Assembly (NCBI GenBank): GCA_016744705.1
Contig: JADGDU010000014.1
Span: forward strand, 22,820-86,819
Reading direction: 5' to 3'
DNA: 64,000 bases
Origin: Candidatus Krumholzibacteriia bacterium
Lineage (GTDB): Bacteria > Krumholzibacteriota > Krumholzibacteriia > LZORAL124-64-63
Position numbers and translations under genes: made by a program. Positions 57,879 to 64,000 of this stretch are shown piece by piece. Each line of letters begins with the position of its first letter. Position 1 is the first letter of the stretch. Under the pieces are notes generated by a model. The model was not told the origin of the DNA. It ran no database searches and saw only the letters and a list, made by a program, of their open reading frames with translations.

Positions 57879-58556
57879 ATGGTCTGGAATTCCAGAATAA
57901 GAGTTTTGCTGGTGGGCCTCATTTTTTCGAGCCTGACTTTCTTGGTGGGATGCAGTGACGATTCCCCCGAAGCTCCCGAGGTGAGCGATCCACGTATTCT
58001 TCCGCCAACCGAAGATATTCTCATGCAAAACTACCTTACATCGGTGGTGGATATGTCCTATGACGACTTGGATTTCATCCTCCACGAAGAATTCAGGCTG
58101 GGGCTATTGCCGTCCACCATTGAGGATTGGGACGGATCAGGTAACCCCTTAGTGGGAGACCATTTCGACAAAGCAGCCATGCTGTCTATCCATGAAAACC
58201 TATTTGGCGAAATCGAGGGGATGGACGAACACGGTTTGGTTGTGTCGTATGTGGAGTCCATTTCCTTTGATGTTTTTGACAAGGTGAGGGACTGGGAACC
58301 GATTGCTGCGGGAAATGTTTTTTTTGAGGATTACCCCGAAGCGTATAGGGCCCGATACAGCGTCCTTATTCATTTCAACAATCCCGATTATCATCGCTGG
58401 GAAGTGGATCATATGCTGGATATCATTGTGCTGCCAGTGACCTTGGATGAGACCACGGGCTATCAATTGCTGGGAATTTACGGATATTCGCCATTTTCAG
58501 CCGCGGGAACGGAAGAGATTTCTTATGACGGTGTTCTGGCCATGTACAGGTTCTAA
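57879..58556 (+). CDS. Hypothetical lipoprotein (NTF2-like?) with a variant C-terminal motif
   Basis: Lipobox LVGC; ends GTEEISYDGVLAMYRF. Confidence 0.7.
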   Translation: MVWNSRIRVLLVGLIFSSLTFLVGCSDDSPEAPEVSDPRILPPTEDILMQNYLTSVVDMSYDDLDFILHEEFRLGLLPSTIEDWDGSGNPLVGDHFDKAAMLSIHENLFGEIEGMDEHGLVVSYVESISFDVFDKVRDWEPIAAGNVFFEDYPEAYRARYSVLIHFNNPDYHRWEVDHMLDIIVLPVTLDETTGYQLLGIYGYSPFSAAGTEEISYDGVLAMYRF

Positions 58557-59053
58557 ACTGTTGCAAGTGCAATGCTGTGATAAATGGCCATGGCGATAAA
58601 ACCCAGCAAAGGCATAGCCAGGGTTATGGTCAAACGGGGGTGCCGAAAAAAGAAATGGGTTCGGGAAGATGGGAAGATCTTCCAGGGCTTAAGCTGCCCT
58701 CGTTCAATTTTCTCCAGGCGCCAGCCTTCCATGATGCAAAGCAGAGCGACCACCAGATAGGGGATAGCCATTTCCCAGCCCATGCGGTTGCTTGAAGCTT
58801 GACCCCAGAAGAGAGCGAAGGCAAGACCCACGGCTCCCAAAAAATACCCGCCAGGCCGAGGCCAGCGCACAGCAATGGCCGCCAAAAATGTGGCCACAAT
58901 TCCTGGCACCATATAAATAAAGCGGTGGGGCATTGAGCCCCACCACCCTTCTTGAAACATTTCACCACTGCACCAAATGGTAGCCCCAACGGCCATGGCC
59001 GTGATCAGGATCCATGCAAGCAGGCCCGGCACAAGAACCAGGTAGCGCCCCAC
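58553..59053 (-). CDS. Hypothetical membrane protein
   Basis: About five hydrophobic segments; starts immediately after the ettA stop. Confidence 0.65.
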   Translation of the reverse strand: MGRYLVLVPGLLAWILITAMAVGATIWCSGEMFQEGWWGSMPHRFIYMVPGIVATFLAAIAVRWPRPGGYFLGAVGLAFALFWGQASSNRMGWEMAIPYLVVALLCIMEGWRLEKIERGQLKPWKIFPSSRTHFFFRHPRLTITLAMPLLGFIAMAIYHSIALATV

Positions 59054-59054
59054 A

Positions 59055-60734
59055 TTAACCCCGCGTCAGTTTGCGGTACTTGATGCGGTGAGGCTGGTCG
59101 GCATCTTCACCCAGGCGTTTGCGACGGTCGGCTTCGTATTCGCTATAGCTGCCTTCGTACCAGAAGACGTTACTGTCGCCTTCAAAAGCCAGGGTATGAG
59201 TGCAGATCCGGTCCAGGAACCAGCGATCATGGCTGACCACAACGAGGCAGCCGCCAAAGTCTACCAGCCCATCTTCCAGAGCGCGCAAAGTATCTACATC
59301 CAGATCGTTGGTGGGCTCATCCAGAAGGATGAGGTTGGCGCCGCTTTTCAGCAGCCGGGCCAGGTGCACCCGGTTGCGCTCGCCACCACTGAGGGTGCCG
59401 ACGGTGCGCTGTTGTTCGTGGCCTTTGAAATTGAAGCCGGAGCAATAGGCGCGGCTGTTGACCTTCACGCCACCCAGATCCAGTTCTTCGGCCCCATCGC
59501 TGATGTTTTCGTAGACGGTTTTTTCGGCGTCCAGGTCATCGCGGCCCTGATCAACGTAGGACATTTGCACCGTATCACCGATGGTCAAGGTGCCGCTGTC
59601 CGGAGTTTCTTTGCCAGTGATCATATTCATGAGGGTGGTTTTACCGGCGCCGTTAGGCCCGACAACACCCACAATGCCACCGCGGGGGAGTTGAAAGTTT
59701 AGGTCATCGAACAAAAGAATATCGCCATAGGCTTTTCTTACGTGTTCAGCCTTCACCACAACATTACCCAGACGCTCACCGGCGGGGATGCGGATCTGGT
59801 GGGCTTGCTTTGACATCTGGCGCTCTTCACTGACCAGCTCTTCATACTTTGAGACACGAGCCTTGCTCTTTTTCTGGCGGGCCTTTTGGGATGCATTCAC
59901 CCATTCCAGCTCTCGCTCCAGAGTTTTGGCCCGGCGGCTGTCTTTCTTTTCTTTTTCCACCAGTTGTTTCTGCTTTTGTTCCAGCCAACTGGAGTAGTTT
60001 CCTTCCCAGGGAATACCGTGGCCATTGTCCAGCTCCAGAATCCAGCCGGTGACGTTGTCCAGGAAGTAACGATCATGGGTGACAAGAATGACGGTGCCTT
60101 CGTATTCGCGCAGATGTCGCTCCAGCCAGGAAACGGATTCGGCATCAAGGTGGTTAGTGGGCTCATCCAGCAACAGAAGGTCAGGCTTGGACAGCAACAA
60201 CTGGGTCAAAGCCACCCGGCGGATTTCACCACCGGAGAGCTTGCTCACGTCGGCATCACCGGGAGGACAGCGCATGGCATCCATGGCTACTTCCACGTGG
60301 TTGTCCAGATCCCAGCCATTCAAGAGGTCGATACGGTCCTGCAGCTTGCCCATGTCTTCCATGAGCTTGGCCATGGCGTCGTCGTCCATAGGTTCGCACA
60401 TCTGCATGCTGATGGCGTTGAATTTGTCGAGCATGCCTTTGAGCTCACTGACGCCCAATTCGATATTACCGCGCACATCAAGGGAGGCGTCCAGCTGAGG
60501 TTCCTGGGCTAGGTAACCAACTTTGATGGAAGGGTCTGGTTTGGCCACACCGAGGAAGTCATCATCCAGGCCGGCCATGATTTTCAAGAGAGTGGATTTA
60601 CCGGAACCGTTCAAGCCGATGACGCCAATTTTGGCTCCGGGGTAAAAGGAAAGCCAGATACCCTTGAGGATTTCGCGGTTGGGGGGAACAATCTTTTTCA
60701 GATCGGTCATAGTGAAAATGTATTGCTGAGCCAT
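59055..60734 (-). CDS. ettA: Energy-dependent translational throttle ABC-F protein
   Basis: QYIFTM, LSFYPGAKIG, two NBDs (GLNGSGKST, GPNGAGKTT), LSGGE, ELEWV, RIKYRKL. Confidence 0.95.
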   Translation of the reverse strand: MAQQYIFTMTDLKKIVPPNREILKGIWLSFYPGAKIGVIGLNGSGKSTLLKIMAGLDDDFLGVAKPDPSIKVGYLAQEPQLDASLDVRGNIELGVSELKGMLDKFNAISMQMCEPMDDDAMAKLMEDMGKLQDRIDLLNGWDLDNHVEVAMDAMRCPPGDADVSKLSGGEIRRVALTQLLLSKPDLLLLDEPTNHLDAESVSWLERHLREYEGTVILVTHDRYFLDNVTGWILELDNGHGIPWEGNYSSWLEQKQKQLVEKEKKDSRRAKTLERELEWVNASQKARQKKSKARVSKYEELVSEERQMSKQAHQIRIPAGERLGNVVVKAEHVRKAYGDILLFDDLNFQLPRGGIVGVVGPNGAGKTTLMNMITGKETPDSGTLTIGDTVQMSYVDQGRDDLDAEKTVYENISDGAEELDLGGVKVNSRAYCSGFNFKGHEQQRTVGTLSGGERNRVHLARLLKSGANLILLDEPTNDLDVDTLRALEDGLVDFGGCLVVVSHDRWFLDRICTHTLAFEGDSNVFWYEGSYSEYEADRRKRLGEDADQPHRIKYRKLTRG

Positions 60735-60975
60735 GGGATTTGGCCTTTCGGGGGCGGCAGAAAGGCAGCCGTGGTGGCCCTGCCTCTGATTTTTGCCTGT
60801 GGTGCATTGATGGGAGCTTTTGGCTCGATTGTATGGGCGGCAAGGTATCATTATTTAAGGGAAGTGTAAAGGGATGGGTAAAATTGGCCATTCAGGGCAA
60901 AGGCACAGATTCGAAATATCGTTATCTTGAAAGCAGGTTATTGGTTGATTTCATCCCCATGTAAGGAAGAAAAAC

Positions 60976-61977
60976 ATGATTAAAGCTTATGCGGCCACGG
61001 AGGCTGGCGGTCCTTTGAAGCCGTTCGAATACGACCCCGGACCACTGGGCAGGCAAGAGGTGGAATTGGATGTGGAATACTGCGGTATTTGCCACAGCGA
61101 TCTGAGCATGCTGAACAATGAATGGGGAATGTCCCAGTACCCCCTTGTTTTGGGCCATGAAGTGGTGGGTATCATCAATTCCATCGGCGAAGACGTGAAA
61201 CACCTTAAAGTGGGTGACCGGGTAGGCTTGGGCTGGCATTCAGGATATTGCGGCACTTGCTCGCCTTGCCTCACTGGCGATCAGAACCTGTGCCTGACAC
61301 ACCAGGGCACCATTGTGGGGCGCCATGGGGGCTTTGCTGAACAAGTGCGAGCTCAAGCGGCGGCCACCGTCAAATTGCCCGAAGGGTTGGATGTTGCGGG
61401 TGCCGGTCCTCTGCTTTGCGGTGGCATCACTGTCTTTAACCCATTGGTTCAATTTGGCCTGAAGCCCACGGCCCGGGTTGGCGTCATCGGCATTGGCGGG
61501 CTGGGACACATGGCTCTGCAGTTTTTGCGCGCCTGGGGTTGTGAAGTCACGGCCTTCACTTCCAGCGATGCCAAAATCAAAGAAGCCCTGGAGATGGGGG
61601 CTCACCGCACGGTGAATTCCAGAGACTCCAAGGCTCTTGCCGCTGAAGTGGGGCGTTTTGACCTGATTCTCTCTACGGTCAATGTGAAGCTGGACTGGAA
61701 TGCCTATATGGGTGCTTTGAAGCCCAGAGGCCGCCTGCATCTGGTGGGAGCCACCTTGGAACCTCTGGATATTGGTGTGTTTTCTCTTATTGGTGGCCAG
61801 AAGGAAGTCTCGGGGTCACCTGTGGGCAGCCCGGCTGTGATCGCCGAAATGCTGGAATTTGCCGCCAGGCACGGCATCAAGCCTGTGGTCGAAATTTACC
61901 CCATGGACCAAGTGAACGAAGCCATGGACCGGTTGAGAAGCGGGAAGGCCCGTTACCGTATTGTGCTGACTCGATAG
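60976..61977 (+). CDS. Zn-dependent NADPH aldehyde reductase / alcohol dehydrogenase (Ahr/YjgB-like)
   Basis: CGICHSD, GHEVVG, CxxCxxC..C, GIGGLGH, ARYRIVL. Confidence 0.9.
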   Translation: MIKAYAATEAGGPLKPFEYDPGPLGRQEVELDVEYCGICHSDLSMLNNEWGMSQYPLVLGHEVVGIINSIGEDVKHLKVGDRVGLGWHSGYCGTCSPCLTGDQNLCLTHQGTIVGRHGGFAEQVRAQAAATVKLPEGLDVAGAGPLLCGGITVFNPLVQFGLKPTARVGVIGIGGLGHMALQFLRAWGCEVTAFTSSDAKIKEALEMGAHRTVNSRDSKALAAEVGRFDLILSTVNVKLDWNAYMGALKPRGRLHLVGATLEPLDIGVFSLIGGQKEVSGSPVGSPAVIAEMLEFAARHGIKPVVEIYPMDQVNEAMDRLRSGKARYRIVLTR

Positions 61978-61983
61978 TGATTG

Positions 61984-62007
61984 GGCCGGGTTCATCCCCG
62001 GCCTTTT
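61984..62007 (+). terminator. Rho-independent terminator
   Basis: GGCCGGG-ttcatc-CCCGGCC-TTTT. Confidence 0.7.
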
Positions 62008-62109
62008 CAGAATTTGGTTGTGATGGTCCAGTATTGCTGTTAGGTTCCTTAAAGCAATGAAAGGTTAGAGGTTACGGAGGGGAATACATACGAAAGGGAG
62101 AGGTTTTCC

Positions 62110-63192
62110 ATGAAATCCTCATTTTTTGCCATGGTGTTGGTGGTCTTGCTGGCAAGCGCCCCAACTGTTCAAGCCCAGATGTTCCAATCCGTTCCTGTTG
62201 ATGAAGCCCAACTTCTACAATCCGGACCGGGTAAGCTTTATTGCCCGGCCTGCGGTATGAATCTGGTCAAATTCTATAAAACATCCCATGCCATTGGGGA
62301 CCTCCAATATTGCTCCATGCACTGTTTGGTGGATGCCAATCCCGAGGCCAGCGGAGCCCAGGTGGTGGATGTTACATCATTGAAATTTATCCCTGTGGAA
62401 AAAGCTCATTATGTGGTTGGCAGCGAGGTCAAGGGCACCATGACCATGGCCAGCAAGTACGCCTTTGCCGTGAAAGCTGACGCCGAAGCCTTTGCTGGCA
62501 AAAACGGTGGCCAGGTGATGAACTTTGCTGCTGCCGAGGCTATGGCCCGCAAAGCTCTGGCCAAAGAAAACAAGATGATCAACAAGAAGCGTAGCAAGAT
62601 GGCTGAAAAGGGTGCCAAGATTTTCGCCACCATGTGCGGCGATGCCGATTTGCCCCAATTTTCATCCATCGCCCAGGCCAAAACACATCTGGCCAACAGC
62701 GGCGCCTGTGGCGAGCTCAATGATGGGCAATATCAGGCCGTGGCCATTTACCTGATGAGTGGCGCTGGCGGACATGCGGCCCTCAGCCCCATCCAGGTGC
62801 CGGAAAAAGCCAAGTGCCCCGTGTGCGGAATGTTTGTGGCCAAATATCCCAACTGGGTGGGAGAAATTGAGACCACCGACGGGCAGCATTATTACTTTGA
62901 TGGCGTCAAAGATATGATGAAATTTTACTTTGATCCCGCCCAATATCACGTGGCATTGACCACCGACCAAATGGCAGCGGTGCGGGTCTCTGATTATTAC
63001 AACCTGGGGCCCATGGATGCCCACAAAGCATGGTATGTGATGGGCTCCAATGTCTACGGCCCCATGGGCGATGAGTTGGTCCCATTCCGCACCAAAGAAG
63101 AGGCCGAAACGTTCAGCAATGATCACTTTGGCAAGTCTGTCCTGAGCTTTGAAAAGATTGATGCCAAGCTGGTCCACGGACTGGACAAGTGA
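62110..63192 (+). CDS. Secreted protein with two NosL-like domains
   Basis: CPACGM and CPVCGM, YVVGS/YVMGS.V.GPMG.ELVPF, F...HFG. Confidence 0.85.
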   Translation: MKSSFFAMVLVVLLASAPTVQAQMFQSVPVDEAQLLQSGPGKLYCPACGMNLVKFYKTSHAIGDLQYCSMHCLVDANPEASGAQVVDVTSLKFIPVEKAHYVVGSEVKGTMTMASKYAFAVKADAEAFAGKNGGQVMNFAAAEAMARKALAKENKMINKKRSKMAEKGAKIFATMCGDADLPQFSSIAQAKTHLANSGACGELNDGQYQAVAIYLMSGAGGHAALSPIQVPEKAKCPVCGMFVAKYPNWVGEIETTDGQHYYFDGVKDMMKFYFDPAQYHVALTTDQMAAVRVSDYYNLGPMDAHKAWYVMGSNVYGPMGDELVPFRTKEEAETFSNDHFGKSVLSFEKIDAKLVHGLDK

Positions 63193-63443
63193 CCAGACTG
63201 ACACGTTCCTATGTGGCGGTTCTTCTGCTGCTCTCCTTGGGCCTGTTCCTTGTACTGGCCGATACTCTTATTGCCTCCCGCCCCGGTGAAGTCTCCGGGG
63301 CGGTGGCTTTCAGCGCTTTACCCGGCCATGCTCTGGCGGTGCCATATTTTGAGGCTCGCTGGCGGGTTTTGGGTGATGACTCAGGCGCTCTTTTTCCGGG
63401 CATGAGACCCCTCAGCACAATGGACTTTGTTTATGCTCCATAG
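63189..63443 (+). CDS. Small membrane-anchored hypothetical protein
   Basis: Overlaps both neighbours; N-terminal TM; ends MDFVYAP. Confidence 0.6.
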   Translation: MTRLTRSYVAVLLLLSLGLFLVLADTLIASRPGEVSGAVAFSALPGHALAVPYFEARWRVLGDDSGALFPGMRPLSTMDFVYAP

Positions 63444-64000
63444 CGCCTTTTGGAATTTCCTTTTTCTATCGCTGCACCGTAACCGGAGCCGCCATGTGGC
63501 CGTGATGCTCATGGCCACTCTGGTGGTGACTTTGTTGTGCTCGGTGATGTTTTTGGCTTCGGCCATCCGCCGGGATGTTGGTCACACCCTGGATCAGCAG
63601 GCCGATATCATTGTGCAGAAAATTCGCGGGGGTAAAGCGGTGGATCTGCCCGCCGGTTGGGCAGCGGAATTCGCGGACATTCCTGGGGTGAGGGCGGCTG
63701 TTCCCCGGGTTTTTGGACGGTACTTCCATGAGCCCAACGGCCGATACTTTACTGTGGTGGGTATCGATCCTTTTGATACCCAAACGGCCACCACTTTTCA
63801 GGAACTGATCGATGGCATCGATTTAAAATCCTTTCTGGCCAGCCCCAGTATGATTGTGGGCCTAGGCGTGCGAGACTTTCTGGACAACAACCATTACGCC
63901 GGAAAATATGACTTCGTCACGCCCAGCCAGGAGCGCGTAGAGGTTCGCATTGCCGAGACTTTTCCCCCGCAGAGCGATCTCTTCACCAACGACATGGTGA
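63433..64000 (+). CDS. MacB/FtsX-like ABC permease (3'-truncated by the window)
   Basis: Manual translation MLHSAFWNFLFLSLHRNRSRH..TM..DIIVQK..IPGVRAAVPRVFG..TVVGIDP; no stop seen before the window end. Confidence 0.8.
   Translation, partial: MLHSAFWNFLFLSLHRNRSRHVAVMLMATLVVTLLCSVMFLASAIRRDVGHTLDQQADIIVQKIRGGKAVDLPAGWAAEFADIPGVRAAVPRVFGRYFHEPNGRYFTVVGIDPFDTQTATTFQELIDGIDLKSFLASPSMIVGLGVRDFLDNNHYAGKYDFVTPSQERVEVRIAETFPPQSDLFTNDMV

Noticed and set aside
1..64000. CRISPR arrays, tRNA/rRNA genes, transposases, integrases, prophage genes, selenocysteine or frameshift recoding
   Set aside because: By eye I saw no regularly spaced repeats, tRNA cloverleaf signatures, recombinase motifs or split genes; the recognised genes look full length apart from the two at the window edges.

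Overview
64 kb of gene-dense bacterial chromosome. I found no rRNA, tRNA, CRISPR array or intact mobile element. Secreted proteins with PNPFN-type (FlgD-Ig/T9SS-like) tails or a short '...K-x-[LM]-[YF]-R' tail suggest an FCB-related candidate phylum such as Krumholzibacteriota or Latescibacterota (inference only). Layout: (1) 0-15 kb, a run of about 22 co-oriented, functionally unrelated short genes that resembles an eroded cassette array; (2) 15-36 kb, outer-membrane and secreted proteins (CapA-like, CotH, a pentaheme cytochrome, a beta-helix protein), glnA, alkD, a TylF methyltransferase and a large hybrid kinase; (3) 36-48 kb on the minus strand, an Mla/MCE-type ABC cluster and the operon rex - [FeFe]-hydrogenase-like sensor kinase - REC/HK - hydG - hydF - hydE, with two Rex-like boxes; (4) 48-64 kb, ovoA, M28 and M14 peptidases, a porin, ettA, an alcohol dehydrogenase and a NosL-like/ABC cluster that runs off the end. 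Best novelty candidates: a shared C-terminal motif on six unrelated exported proteins (a putative uncharacterised sorting signal), a stand-alone lipoprotein resembling an internal domain of the T9SS translocon SprA, a Rex-controlled H2-sensing phosphorelay packaged with its own maturases, and two intergenic structured-RNA candidates. All family assignments come from motif recognition by eye, not from database searches.
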